From contig JAFSVL010000078.1 of assembly GCA_017445015.1 (NCBI GenBank), positions 33,909 to 97,908 on the forward strand: 64,000 nucleotides of DNA, written 5' to 3'. Numbering within the stretch: the stretch's first letter is position 1; each line of letters opens with the position of its first letter. Under the pieces are notes generated by a model. It worked only from the letters and a program-made list of their open reading frames with translations, had not been told where the DNA came from and made no database searches. Made by a program: the position numbers and the translations under genes. This DNA is from Bacteroidales bacterium. Lineage in GTDB: Bacteria; Bacteroidota; Bacteroidia; Bacteroidales; UBA932. Below, one piece after another: positions 20,126 to 30,439 of this stretch.

Positions 20126-21496
20126 ATGCGTTTTATTCGAGATATCTGGGAAAAGCTGAAAGCCCTGGGATATATTCGTGATTCAATGGACCCGCAGGCT
20201 GCCACGCAGACCATCCGGGCAAACATCCCGTTCAAAGGTCCCAACGTCTGGATTCTGAGTTTCGCCATCATCATCGCCTCCGTCGGGCTGAATATCAATT
20301 CCACCGCCGTCATTATCGGCGCCATGCTCATTTCCCCGCTGATGGGTCCGATTTTCGGCCTCGGCCTGGCCCTCGGCACCAACGATATCCCCATGCTGCG
20401 GCATTCGGCCAAGAACCTGCTCGTGATGGTAGCGGTTTCCCTGCTGGCCTCCGCACTGTACTTCCTGGTCTCCCCCCTGAACCTCGTCAACCCTACCGAA
20501 CTCGAATCGCGGACCAACCCCACGATATACGACCTGCTGATCGCGCTCTTCGGCGGCGCCGCAGGCATCTTCGAAATGTGCCGCAGGGAGAAGGGCACCG
20601 TACTGTCGGGCGTCGCCATCGCCACGGCCCTCATGCCGCCTATCTGTACCGCCGGTTACGGACTGGCCAATGCCAACATGCATTTTTTCTTCGGCGCGCT
20701 GTACCTCTTCACCATCAATACCATCTTCATCACCCTTTCAACCTACTTGATGGTCAAGTACCTGAAGTTCCCGGTCTGCGCCCAGATGGACAGCGCGGAA
20801 AGCCTGCGCAACCGCCGTATCATCACCGCAGTCGTCATCATCGTCGCGATTCCCAGCCTTATTTCCGCCATCGACGTCATCCGTGCCAACAATTTCAAGA
20901 ACAAGGCCATCGAATTCGTCGCCCGGAACAAAACGCTGGAACGGAGTTACGTCTATGACTACGGCATCGACGACCGCGAAAAGACCGTCGAACTCTTTAT
21001 CGGCGGAGAACCGCTCAACACCTATGAAAAAGAGAAACTGCGCGAATCCGCCCGGGAGGCCGGACTGAATCCGGACAAGGTGATTTTCAAGGAGCGCCTT
21101 ATGGATGATAACGGCAAGACATCCGCCGAGTCCGAAAGGCTGATGCAGGGAATCTATGCCCGTACCGACAATGAAATCAACAAACGGGAGGCGCAGATCC
21201 GCCTGCTCGAAGGACAGTTGCGGGAAATGAAAAACGCCGAGATTCCCTATACCCAGATTTACAACGAAGTCAAAAGCCAGTACCCCTATCTCAAGGACAT
21301 CTATCTGGCCCGCGGCGCAAAGGTCCAACAGGACAGCATCACCCGCGAGCAGCGCTGTATCGTAATGATAACGGTCTCAGGCAAGAGCATGCCCGAGACC
21401 GATAGGGAAAAACTGGAATCCTGGCTGAAAATCCGCCTTTCAGACACCTCCGCGGTGGTTCTCAACCACGCAGCCTCGCATCCGGGGCGCAAATAA
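20126..21496 (+). CDS. DUF389 (TIGR00341-like) membrane protein
   Basis: NSTAVIIGAMLISPLMGPI, RTNPTIYD and GVAIATALMPP motifs. Confidence 0.85.
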   Translation: MRFIRDIWEKLKALGYIRDSMDPQAATQTIRANIPFKGPNVWILSFAIIIASVGLNINSTAVIIGAMLISPLMGPIFGLGLALGTNDIPMLRHSAKNLLVMVAVSLLASALYFLVSPLNLVNPTELESRTNPTIYDLLIALFGGAAGIFEMCRREKGTVLSGVAIATALMPPICTAGYGLANANMHFFFGALYLFTINTIFITLSTYLMVKYLKFPVCAQMDSAESLRNRRIITAVVIIVAIPSLISAIDVIRANNFKNKAIEFVARNKTLERSYVYDYGIDDREKTVELFIGGEPLNTYEKEKLRESAREAGLNPDKVIFKERLMDDNGKTSAESERLMQGIYARTDNEINKREAQIRLLEGQLREMKNAEIPYTQIYNEVKSQYPYLKDIYLARGAKVQQDSITREQRCIVMITVSGKSMPETDREKLESWLKIRLSDTSAVVLNHAASHPGRK

Positions 21497-21502
21497 AACC
21501 GC

Positions 21503-22102
21503 CTATACGATTCCCGAGAAACCGAGGAAGGCCATCGCCATGATACCGACGGTAATAAAGGCGATGGGAAGCCCCTTGAAGGCCTTGGGGACATCGTTCC
21601 CCGCAAGATGCTCACGCATTCCGGCAAAGAGGATCATGGCCAGGCCGTATCCGAGCGAGGTGGCGACGGCATAGACCGTCGCTTCCCCGAGATTCATCAG
21701 ATGCGGCGCACCGCCGAAACTGAATTCCTTGCTCACGACGGTGATGGCGACGCCGAGCACCGCACAGTTCGTGGTGATCAGGGGCAGGAAAATACCCAGA
21801 GCGGCATAGAGCGAAGGGCTCGATTTCTTCAGCACGATCTCCACCATCTGCACCAGGGCCGCAATGACCAGGATAAAGGAAATGGTCTGCAGGAACTCCA
21901 GTCCGAGAGGGACAAGCAGATAGGTATTGAGCAGATAGGTCACCACCGTCGCGAGGGTAATCACGAAACAGACGGCCCCCGACATACCGGTGGCGGTGGA
22001 CAGGCGGCTCGACACCCCCAGGAAGGGGCATACCCCCAGGAACTGCGCCAGGACGATATTATTGACGAAAATCGCCGATATGATAATCAGAAAATATTCC
22101 AT
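21503..22102 (-). CDS. rnfA: Rnf complex subunit A
   Basis: NNIVLAQFLGVCPFLG and LPLITTNCAVLG motifs. Confidence 0.95.
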   Translation of the reverse strand: MEYFLIIISAIFVNNIVLAQFLGVCPFLGVSSRLSTATGMSGAVCFVITLATVVTYLLNTYLLVPLGLEFLQTISFILVIAALVQMVEIVLKKSSPSLYAALGIFLPLITTNCAVLGVAITVVSKEFSFGGAPHLMNLGEATVYAVATSLGYGLAMILFAGMREHLAGNDVPKAFKGLPIAFITVGIMAMAFLGFSGIV

Positions 22103-22109
22103 AAGGCTT

Positions 22110-22691
22110 TTACTTCTTGGCGAGTTTATTGAAAAGGACCAGCAGGTACCCCAGCACGAGGAACGCGCCGGGCGCCATCACAAAGGCGAGGATGCCGTCG
22201 CCGGCGAGGAATTTCCAGCCGAAGAGGGAACCGCTGCCCAGCACTTCCCGGACCATGCCGATGAGGGTCAGCGACAAGGTAAAACCGACACCGATGCCGA
22301 TGCCGTCCAGTGCACTGTCCAGCGCACCGTTCTTGCCGGCAAAGGCTTCAGCGCGGCCCAGGACGATGCAGTTGACCACGATCAGCGGGATAAAGAGTCC
22401 GAGCGTCGCATAGACCTGCGGCACATAGGCCTGCATCAGCAGTTGCAGCACCGTCACAAAGGTGGCGATCACGACGATATAGACCGGGATATGCACCTTG
22501 TCGGGGACGACCGGCGCAATGAGCGAAATCACGATGTTGCTGAGGATGAGCACGAACATCGTCGCGAGACCCATCTCCAGACCGTTCATGGCAGATGTGG
22601 TGGTAGCCAGCGTCGGACACATGCCGAGCACCAGCACAAAGGTGGGATTCTCCTTGACGAGTCCCCGTGTAATGATTGACAACTTGCTCAT
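22110..22691 (-). CDS. rnfE: Rnf complex subunit E
   Basis: ENPTFVLVLGMCPTLA and PLIVVNCIVLGRAEAFA motifs. Confidence 0.95.
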   Translation of the reverse strand: MSKLSIITRGLVKENPTFVLVLGMCPTLATTTSAMNGLEMGLATMFVLILSNIVISLIAPVVPDKVHIPVYIVVIATFVTVLQLLMQAYVPQVYATLGLFIPLIVVNCIVLGRAEAFAGKNGALDSALDGIGIGVGFTLSLTLIGMVREVLGSGSLFGWKFLAGDGILAFVMAPGAFLVLGYLLVLFNKLAKK

Positions 22692-23260
22692 CGGGCTTCC
22701 TCCTGGATTTTGGCGGCTGCCCGCACGGCGCAGGCGACCGCTTCCGCATAGGCGCGGGAGGTTATGGTAGAGGCTGTGATGGCATCGACATCGCCACCGT
22801 CCTTACGGACTTTCAGCGACTTGGTGGCGGTATCGAAGCCCTTGAACTGATCGATAAAGGCGGCGTCGGTCTCGCACTTGGCGCCCAGACCGGGCGTTTC
22901 GCTGTGCGACAGGACACGGGTGGCATGCACGACCCCGCCCTTTTCCACGCCGACAAGCAGCGTCAGCGGGCCGCCGAAGCCACCCACGGTGGATTTTACC
23001 GCCCAGCAGACCGCTGCCGTATCCAGCGTCTGCTCGTAATACTCATAGGTCCTTCCGTCAAGTTCCACGGACCGCGCCTCGGGATTCACCTCCCCCCGGG
23101 CCGGAAGGACGACGGAAAGCGCCTCCAGCAAGGCCTTGCGGGAAGCCTCTTCGATAGGTTCCTTGGTCATCGAAAAGACGCCGCCCAGGATGGCGGAGCA
23201 GACCAGGCAGACCCCCGTCAGGCAGGCCGCCATATTGATAAGATTGGATTTTGCCGCCAT
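22688..23260 (-). CDS. rnfG: Rnf complex subunit G
   Basis: N-terminal TM, GFGG, ETPGLG and FMN-attachment motif DAITASTITS. Confidence 0.92.
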   Translation of the reverse strand: MAAKSNLINMAACLTGVCLVCSAILGGVFSMTKEPIEEASRKALLEALSVVLPARGEVNPEARSVELDGRTYEYYEQTLDTAAVCWAVKSTVGGFGGPLTLLVGVEKGGVVHATRVLSHSETPGLGAKCETDAAFIDQFKGFDTATKSLKVRKDGGDVDAITASTITSRAYAEAVACAVRAAAKIQEEAR

Positions 23261-23262
23261 AC

Positions 23263-24231
23263 TCAGGCCCTCCCGTATTTGCGCGAATGGAACGCGCGGT
23301 TAATCAGCGGTACTGCACAGTTCATGATGAGAATCGCGAAGGACATTCCCTCCGGATAAGAGCCGAAATAACGGATCATCATCACAATCAGGCCGATACC
23401 TACACCATAAACAACGCCGCCCCAGTCACTCATCGGCGAGGTCACATAGTCCGTCGCCATAAAGAAGGCGCCGAGCAGAAGGCCTCCTGTCATGAGATTG
23501 AAGGCGGGACCGGTATAGACCGCGGGGTTGACCAGGTAGAAAATACCGGAAATGAGCACCACGGTCCCGATAATGGACAGCGGGATCCAGGGCTTCACGA
23601 CCCTGCGGCACAACAGGTAAATAAAGCCGAGGAGCAGCAGACCGGCGGAAATCTCACCCGCACTGCCGCCGATGTCAAAAAATAGCCGGTGATTCCCGGG
23701 ATAACCCGCCGCCACCAGCGCATCCATTCCGCCTTCGGCATACACGCCCAGGAGCGTAGCGCCGGAAATGGCGTCCGTCGCGTGGATGAAACCGGGCGTC
23801 GCCGTCCAGTCCGTCATCTGCTGCGGGAAAGAAATCAATAGGAATACGCGCGCGGCGATGGCAGGATTGAACAGATTCTGTCCGAGGCCGCCGAAACTCA
23901 TTTTCGCCACACCGATGGCAAAGAGCGCGCCGATGACCGCCATCCACCAGGGCGTGCTTGTAGGCAGGTTCATCACCAGCAGCAGGCCGGTCACGGCGGC
24001 GGAGAGGTCGCCGATGGTAGAGGGCTTCTTGAGCATCCAGCGGGTAATTGCCCATTCGAAAAACACGCAGGCGGTGACACCCACGGCAAGCAGGAGGAGT
24101 TCAGACCAGCCGTACACAAGCACGGCCAGCAGTTCCGCCGGGGCCAGGGCAATCAGTACATCCCGCATGATTTTCTGCGTGGATGCGCCGCTGTGGATAT
24201 GGGGGCTGGGGGATATCAGTAATTTTTCCAT
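23263..24231 (-). CDS. rnfD: Rnf complex subunit D
   Basis: SPSPHIH, FGGLGQNLFNPA, SGAT (FMN site) and FFMATDYVTSP motifs. Confidence 0.95.
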   Translation of the reverse strand: MEKLLISPSPHIHSGASTQKIMRDVLIALAPAELLAVLVYGWSELLLLAVGVTACVFFEWAITRWMLKKPSTIGDLSAAVTGLLLVMNLPTSTPWWMAVIGALFAIGVAKMSFGGLGQNLFNPAIAARVFLLISFPQQMTDWTATPGFIHATDAISGATLLGVYAEGGMDALVAAGYPGNHRLFFDIGGSAGEISAGLLLLGFIYLLCRRVVKPWIPLSIIGTVVLISGIFYLVNPAVYTGPAFNLMTGGLLLGAFFMATDYVTSPMSDWGGVVYGVGIGLIVMMIRYFGSYPEGMSFAILIMNCAVPLINRAFHSRKYGRA

Positions 24232-24237
24232 AGGAGA

Positions 24238-25602
24238 CTATTGTTTTTTCGCCGCAGCGCGGGCGCGGATGGCACCGATCACCTGGCCTTTTGCAATACG
24301 GATACGGTCCAGCAGCGGGATATTCGCCGGACAGGAATAAAGGCAGCAGCCGCACTCGATACAATCCTGCACGGCATTCGCTTCCAGGCCCTCCAGGTCG
24401 CCCGCCTTGCAAAGACGGTTGAGCAGGAAAGGTTCCAGGCCCATCGGGCAGGCATCGGCGCAGCGGCCGCAACGGATACAGGCGGAGGCTTCCTTGCGGA
24501 CGGTATCCTCCGCACCGAGATACAGCACGGAAGATGAGCCCTTGACGGTCGTCGCGTCGGGATTGGCGATGGCCTTCCCCATCATCGGACCGCCGCTGAC
24601 GAGCTTGACCGCCCCGTCCGGCTCTCCGCCCGCCTGTTCTATGATGAACGACAGGGGCACGCCGATACGGAAGAGGTAATTGTGCTGCCTTTCCGCAGGC
24701 AACAACTTTCCGGTAACGGTCAGCACATTGGTAATCAGCGGCTTATTTTTCTGAACCGCCTCATAGACCGCAAGGGATGTCCCCACGTTCTGCACTACGG
24801 CGCCCGCATCAATGGGCAGCGCTCCGGAACGGACCTCCCGGTGCATGACAGCGGCAATCAGCTGCTTCTCTCCGCCCTGCGGGTATTTTTTCTTCAGCAC
24901 GGCAATCCGGACAGGCTTCTGCTGCCAGCCCAGTTCCTCGATGGCCGCCCGCATCGCCTTGACCGCCTCGGGCTTGTTCTCTTCGATGCCCACCACGCAG
25001 GGGCAGCCGCCCAGCGCCTTCTGCATCAGCGCCGCGCCGACAAGGATTTCCTTCGGACGTTCCAGCATGATGCGGTAGTCGCTGGTCAGGTAAGGTTCGC
25101 ACTCCGTGCCGTTCAGGATCAGGCACTCGGCCTTCTTGCCCGGAGGCGGAGAGAGTTTCACATGCGTGGGGAAAGTGGCGCCGCCGAGGCCGACTACGCC
25201 GCAGGCCTTGATCTTTTCGATAATAACGGCAGGGTCGTCGGGAATATCGGTCACCAGGGTATCGCTAAGGTCGATGCCTTCCATCCACTCATCCCCCTCC
25301 ACGGCGATCTCGATATGAAGGACGGGATTTCCCGCCAGGTCCTTGCGCGGCGCGATGCCCTTGACAGTCCCGGAGACCGGTGAGTGCACGAAAGCGGAAA
25401 TAAATCCGCCCGGTTCCGCAATGACCTGGCCGACCTTGACACTATCCCCCACGGCCACGACGGGTTTGGCGGGAGCGCCGAGGTGCTGGGCCATCGAGAC
25501 ATAGACCACAGGAGGCAGCGGCAGCATCTCTATGGGACGCTGCGCAGCGATTTTGCTGTCATGCGGATGTACTCCGCCGATAGGAAAAGTAATCTTACTC
25601 AT
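24238..25602 (-). CDS. rnfC: Rnf complex subunit C
   Basis: GLGGATFPTHVK, ECEPYLTSD, YPQGGEKQL and two 4Fe-4S motifs. Confidence 0.96.
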   Translation of the reverse strand: MSKITFPIGGVHPHDSKIAAQRPIEMLPLPPVVYVSMAQHLGAPAKPVVAVGDSVKVGQVIAEPGGFISAFVHSPVSGTVKGIAPRKDLAGNPVLHIEIAVEGDEWMEGIDLSDTLVTDIPDDPAVIIEKIKACGVVGLGGATFPTHVKLSPPPGKKAECLILNGTECEPYLTSDYRIMLERPKEILVGAALMQKALGGCPCVVGIEENKPEAVKAMRAAIEELGWQQKPVRIAVLKKKYPQGGEKQLIAAVMHREVRSGALPIDAGAVVQNVGTSLAVYEAVQKNKPLITNVLTVTGKLLPAERQHNYLFRIGVPLSFIIEQAGGEPDGAVKLVSGGPMMGKAIANPDATTVKGSSSVLYLGAEDTVRKEASACIRCGRCADACPMGLEPFLLNRLCKAGDLEGLEANAVQDCIECGCCLYSCPANIPLLDRIRIAKGQVIGAIRARAAAKKQ

Positions 25603-26479
25603 GGGCTGCCTCCTCCTTTCTTTTACGTATCCGTTCCTTTACGGCCTCCTTGTCCAGGGGCTTGGGGAAGCCCACGCCGTGGATGGCGCCGGTCGGGCAC
25701 ATCGCCTCGCATTCGCGGCACAGTTTACACTTGCTGAAGTCGATATAGGATACATTGTTTTCCAATACGATTGCACCATGCGTACAGGTGCGCAGGCACA
25801 TGCCGCAGCCGATACAGGCATTGGCACAGGCTTTTCTGGCCACCGGACCCTTGTCGAGATTGCGGCAGGCCACGAACTCGCGCATCCCGCGCGGTCCCTT
25901 GTTGCGCAGTTCAAGCAGCATCCGCGGGCAAGCCTTCACACAGGCTCCGCAGGCCGTACATTTTGTTTCGTCGATTTCAGGCAGCAGGGTGTCCGGATTG
26001 ATATGCAATGCGCCGAAGGTACAGGCCGCTTCGCAGTCGCCGCAGCCCAGGCAGCCATAGGCGCAGAGCGTATCGCCGCTGTACAGGGAAGCCTTCACGC
26101 GACAGGACTTGAGCCCGTCATAGGTATTGACGCGGGGACGTGCTTCGCAAGTCCCGTTGCAACGGAGCACGGCCACCTGAGGTGCCTTTTCGCGCATTTC
26201 AAAGCCGAGAATCGACGCGACCTGCTTCATCACCGCATTCCCGCCGACGGGGCAAAAATGCTTTTCAAGGTCCGGTGCAGTTACCGCCGATGAAGCAAAC
26301 GCCCGGCAGCCCGCATAGCCGCAGCCGCCGCAGTTTGCACCCGGTAGCGCTTTCTCGATGTCGTCGATACGGGGATCCTCCTCCACCTTGAATTTCTTCG
26401 CGATGAGGAAGAGGACTACAGCAAGCACCAGTCCCAGACCCGAGAGGATCAAAATCGTCCAAAGGATCGTACTAGTCAT
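25595..26479 (-). CDS. rnfB: Rnf complex subunit B
   Basis: N-terminal TM, LPGANCGGCGYAGC and multiple CxxCxxCxxxC motifs. Confidence 0.93.
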   Translation of the reverse strand: MTSTILWTILILSGLGLVLAVVLFLIAKKFKVEEDPRIDDIEKALPGANCGGCGYAGCRAFASSAVTAPDLEKHFCPVGGNAVMKQVASILGFEMREKAPQVAVLRCNGTCEARPRVNTYDGLKSCRVKASLYSGDTLCAYGCLGCGDCEAACTFGALHINPDTLLPEIDETKCTACGACVKACPRMLLELRNKGPRGMREFVACRNLDKGPVARKACANACIGCGMCLRTCTHGAIVLENNVSYIDFSKCKLCRECEAMCPTGAIHGVGFPKPLDKEAVKERIRKRKEEAAHE

Positions 26480-26907
26480 TGTTTTTGTGTTATGGGTGTA
26501 ATATAAAATGAATATTCATTGCGGAGACGGTCCCGCAGCAGGTACAGGACCAGATAATACAGGGCCACGGCAGCGATGGCGGCAAGCCCGGCCTGCAATT
26601 CCTTCACGCCGGCGGCGGTCAGGCCCAGGAGCACGGCCAGCAGCACGACGAGGGGCAGCACATACGCCAGCCAGACCGCCTTGAAGCCCATGGTACGCCG
26701 CAGCACCAGATTCACCTCATCCCCTTCGCGCAGGGAAGAATAATGCCGCGTAGGCAGTTCCAGCACTTTCTTTTGGAGTTCAGCCATCCCGCAGAGCGCG
26801 GCTGCATGGCAACTGCCGCAGGCCGACTCGGAGATGATTTCCACTGTCGTGAATTCGGGGGTCAGGGAAACGATTTTCCCCTTGTGTGCGATTTCTCCTG
26901 CTACCAC
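26476..26907 (-). CDS. rseC: RseC/MucC-family protein
   Basis: SACGSCHAAALC motif plus two TM helices; precedes rnfB. Confidence 0.85.
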   Translation of the reverse strand: MVAGEIAHKGKIVSLTPEFTTVEIISESACGSCHAAALCGMAELQKKVLELPTRHYSSLREGDEVNLVLRRTMGFKAVWLAYVLPLVVLLAVLLGLTAAGVKELQAGLAAIAAVALYYLVLYLLRDRLRNEYSFYITPITQKQ

Positions 26908-28367
26908 GGCTCGTTACTGCTATTCATCGAAGATTCCACCATCCGGCCCGCCTGTACGTCCATGGCATCCTCGGCATCCATAAACTTGACTTCCGTATTG
27001 CGGAAGACCATGTCGATATCGCAGGTCTCGCCGTTACGGTGTTTGGCGATGATAATCTGTGCGCGGCCGCGGTCTTCTTCGCTCTCGGAAAGGCCCATAT
27101 AATCCGGACGATGGATAAAAAGCACCATGTCGGCGTCCTGTTCGATGGAACCGGATTCGCGGAGGTCGCTCAGAATCGGCTTCCCGCTGCCGCCCTGGCG
27201 CTGCACGGACTGACGCGAGAGCTGGGAGAGCGCAATGATGGGAACATCGAGTTCCTTGGCCGTAGCCTTCAGGGTACGGGAAATCGCCGCCACCTCCTGC
27301 TCGCGCATGCCGCGCAGCTCCGAAGGCCCCTGGATCAACTGCAGATAGTCCACGAAAATAATCCGGACGCCCTTGTTCTTCACAAGGTTCTTGGCCTTGG
27401 TGCGGAACTCCGTCAGCTGGATGGAAGGCGTGTCATCGATATACAGCGGAGACTCCATCAGGCGTTTCAGCCGGTAATCGAGCTGCTCCCACTCGTAATT
27501 CTCCAGTTTGCGCATGCCCTTGATCTTGTCCGCGCCGAGACCGGATTCACTGGTCATGAGCCGCTTCACCAGCTGAAGGGCGGACATTTCCAGCGAAAAG
27601 AACGCCACGGGCATGTGGGCATCTACCGCGGCGTTGCGCGCCAGGTTCAGCGCGAAGGCGGTCTTTCCCACGGAAGGACGGGCCGCGAGGATGATCAGGT
27701 CCGAGCGCTGCCAGCCCATCGTCACCTTATCCAGGGAACGGAAACCCGACGGCACGCCGCTCAGGCCTTCTTTTCCCTGCTGTTCCTGGATATCCGCCAT
27801 CGCCTCGTTGATAAGGCTGCCGATATCCTGGACTTCCTTGCGGATATTGCTGCGTATGGCGTCATAGACCTTGGTCTGCGCCTCGTCAATCAGGACATCC
27901 ACATTCACCGAATCGTCATAGGCATTCTTGAGGATGTGGATGGAGGCGCTGATCAGGTCCCGCTGGATGGTTTTCTGCTTGAGGATGCCGATGTAGGACT
28001 CCATGTGCGCCGCCGCACCTACCTTCAGCGAAAGGTTGGTCAACGCCACCGGGCCGCCCACGGCTTCCAGATTGCCGAGGGCTTTGAGCCGGGTACTGAC
28101 GGTAATGATATCGACGGCGCTGTGCTCGCCCACGAGCTTCGACATCGCTTCGAAAATCATCCGGTGCTTGGGGTCGCAGAAACTCGACGCCCCAAGTTCC
28201 TCCAGGGCCTGGTCCACGCAGGAAGGCTCCAGAAGCATGGCACCGAGCACCCCTTCTTCGGCTTCAAGGGCTTGAGGAGGCACATTGCCTATCTCAAGCC
28301 CCAGATTGGCGACATCCAAGGATTGCTCCTTTTTCCGCCGGTTCCTTGCAGCGATATCGGCAGGCAT
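26901..28367 (-). CDS. dnaB: Replicative DNA helicase
   Basis: PPQALEAEEGVLGAM, AARPSVGKT, DYLQL and LSDLRESGSIEQDAD motifs. Confidence 0.98.
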   Translation of the reverse strand: MPADIAARNRRKKEQSLDVANLGLEIGNVPPQALEAEEGVLGAMLLEPSCVDQALEELGASSFCDPKHRMIFEAMSKLVGEHSAVDIITVSTRLKALGNLEAVGGPVALTNLSLKVGAAAHMESYIGILKQKTIQRDLISASIHILKNAYDDSVNVDVLIDEAQTKVYDAIRSNIRKEVQDIGSLINEAMADIQEQQGKEGLSGVPSGFRSLDKVTMGWQRSDLIILAARPSVGKTAFALNLARNAAVDAHMPVAFFSLEMSALQLVKRLMTSESGLGADKIKGMRKLENYEWEQLDYRLKRLMESPLYIDDTPSIQLTEFRTKAKNLVKNKGVRIIFVDYLQLIQGPSELRGMREQEVAAISRTLKATAKELDVPIIALSQLSRQSVQRQGGSGKPILSDLRESGSIEQDADMVLFIHRPDYMGLSESEEDRGRAQIIIAKHRNGETCDIDMVFRNTEVKFMDAEDAMDVQAGRMVESSMNSSNEPW

Positions 28368-29182
28368 CAGAGCTGGTTGCTGACGATGATGCGTCCGCAG
28401 TGCTCACAGATGACCAGCATCTTGCCGGAAGCGATATCGATAAGCCGCTGCGGGGTAATGGTGTTGAAACAGCCGCCGCAGGAATTTTCGTTGCAGACGG
28501 TCACGACGGCCAGATGATTGTGTACGCTGTCCTTGATGCGGTTGTAGGCGCTGAGGGTACGCTCGTCGAGCCGGGCGGAGAGCGCGTTGCGCTTTTCCAC
28601 GAGCCCCGCCTCTTCCTTCGCCGTGGAATCCACGATACCGGAAAGTTCCTCGCGTTTTGCGTCCAGATCCTGCTCACGGACGGCGATTTTTTCCTGAAGC
28701 GCCTCGATATCCGCCTTGCGGGCATCGATGGCATCCTTCGCATCGCTGATGTTCTTTTCGGAAATCTGGCGCAGGAGGCCCTGGTTTTCAAGTTCCTTGT
28801 TGATGGAATCGAACTCGCGGCTGTTGGAAATATTGTTCAGCTGCTGCTGGTATTTCGCGATATCGGCATCGATCTCCACGATCTGCTTCTTTTCGGATTC
28901 GATGCGTGCGCCATAACCGGCGATCATTTCCTCAAGATGCGCCGATTTGGCCTTCAGTGCGCCGACCTCATCCTCGAGCACGGCGACTTCGGCGGGCAGT
29001 TCCCCGCGCAGCTGCACCAGTTCCTGGATGGCGTTGTCCGCCTGCTGGAGTTCGTAGAGAATTTTTAGTTTTTCCTGCACGGAAGCCTCCGAATCCGCAA
29101 AATTCTTCTGCAGGGACACGAAAGTTTCACGCTCGTCGATCATCGGTGCAAGCACCTTCTGGGTTTTCTTGGTGGTGGCCAT
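28367..29182 (-). CDS. Coiled-coil protein with C-terminal C4 zinc ribbon (CT398/DUF164-like)
   Basis: Long coiled coil, CGGC...CEHCGRII; ATG MATTKK at 29182; TACCTTCG -7-like element at 29226-29219. Confidence 0.85.
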   Translation of the reverse strand: MATTKKTQKVLAPMIDERETFVSLQKNFADSEASVQEKLKILYELQQADNAIQELVQLRGELPAEVAVLEDEVGALKAKSAHLEEMIAGYGARIESEKKQIVEIDADIAKYQQQLNNISNSREFDSINKELENQGLLRQISEKNISDAKDAIDARKADIEALQEKIAVREQDLDAKREELSGIVDSTAKEEAGLVEKRNALSARLDERTLSAYNRIKDSVHNHLAVVTVCNENSCGGCFNTITPQRLIDIASGKMLVICEHCGRIIVSNQL

Positions 29183-29243
29183 TATCTTGAAATTTTTATT
29201 CCAGTGTATATTAGGGGGCGAAGGTAGCAATTTTCCGGGGAAT

Positions 29244-29561
29244 TTACAACATTTTCTTGATTTCCGTCAGTTGGTCCCGGATGGACTTCAGCGCGTCCAG
29301 CACTTTGACGGGGGCGGCGACTTTCGCCTTGTCGCCGCGCATGGAGCGCATCGCCCCGTCCAGGGTGAGGCCCTTGTCCTTCACCAGAAAATGAATCTGC
29401 TTGAGCGCCTCGACATCGGAAGCCGTAAACTGCCTGTTCCCCTTCCCCGTACGGGAGGGCTTGACGAACCGGCTGAAGTAATTGGACCAGTATCTGACAA
29501 GGGAGACGGGTTCCCCCAGCATGAGGGCCACTTCGCCGATAGAATAATAGAGTTTTTCCAT
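29244..29561 (-). CDS. MerR-family HTH regulator
   Basis: KLYYSIGEVA...VRYW...GNRQF motif; ATG 29561 overlaps the upstream stop. Confidence 0.85.
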   Translation of the reverse strand: MEKLYYSIGEVALMLGEPVSLVRYWSNYFSRFVKPSRTGKGNRQFTASDVEALKQIHFLVKDKGLTLDGAMRSMRGDKAKVAAPVKVLDALKSIRDQLTEIKKML

Positions 29562-30439
29562 TAGTCGAGTGATTGTCCGGTGTTGGTTGTCATAAACAGG
29601 ATATTGGCATAATCCCACACGGGGATGTCGAGGAAAAAGAAATGTACCGGATCCAGCCTCCGGCCGTCACGCTCCACTTCGTAGTGGAGATGCGGGGCGA
29701 AGGCCGCGCCGCTCATCCCCAGCGTGCCGATGACCTGCCCCCGGCGGACCCGCTGTCCCTTCGCCACATCGATATCGTCCAGATGGGCATAACGTGTCAG
29801 GTAGCCTCCGGCATGCTTGATGGTCACTGTATGTCCGAGGCCCGTACGCTGCCGCACCACGGTACGCACGGTCCCGTCCGCCGTCGCCCGCACCGGCGTC
29901 CCGCGCCCGGCAATCAGGTCCATGCCGCCGTGCAGTATCTTTTTTGAATACACGGGGCTCAGTTTCTCCCCGACCGATGCCCCGAACTGCGAAGCGTGCA
30001 GGCTGTCCAGCGGAAGGCTGAGCGGCGGGGGGACGAAGCCTTCCGCACGCACGAGCGCCGTGATCTCCCGGAGTGTGGCATCCACCGCCGCGCTGCGTTC
30101 CAGCAGGCGGTCCGCCTTGTCCCGGGTATAATGCACAAGCCGGTAATTGGGGACCGTATCGTTTCCAAAAAGGAAATCCAGGGAAGAGACCGGGTCTTCC
30201 TGGGGGGCGGGACCCTTGAAAATACCCCGGAAGAGCGAATCATCGAGCGCGGACAAAGCCTCCACTTCCGCTTCCAGGGCCTGGACGCGGCTTTCCAGTT
30301 GCGGGACCGCCGCCGTGTAGGCGGCGATATCCCTGCGCAGCCCTTTCTGCGCCGCACTGTCGTGCAGCAGGGCATAGACCAGGTAAACCAGGCCGGAGAG
30401 CAGGACGGAAGCCAAAAACAAAAGTATCGCCCGTTTCAT
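29561..30439 (-). CDS. M23-family metallopeptidase
   Basis: HGGMD, YAHL and HLHYEV zinc motifs; N-terminal TM and coiled coil. Confidence 0.9.
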   Translation of the reverse strand: MKRAILLFLASVLLSGLVYLVYALLHDSAAQKGLRRDIAAYTAAVPQLESRVQALEAEVEALSALDDSLFRGIFKGPAPQEDPVSSLDFLFGNDTVPNYRLVHYTRDKADRLLERSAAVDATLREITALVRAEGFVPPPLSLPLDSLHASQFGASVGEKLSPVYSKKILHGGMDLIAGRGTPVRATADGTVRTVVRQRTGLGHTVTIKHAGGYLTRYAHLDDIDVAKGQRVRRGQVIGTLGMSGAAFAPHLHYEVERDGRRLDPVHFFFLDIPVWDYANILFMTTNTGQSLD

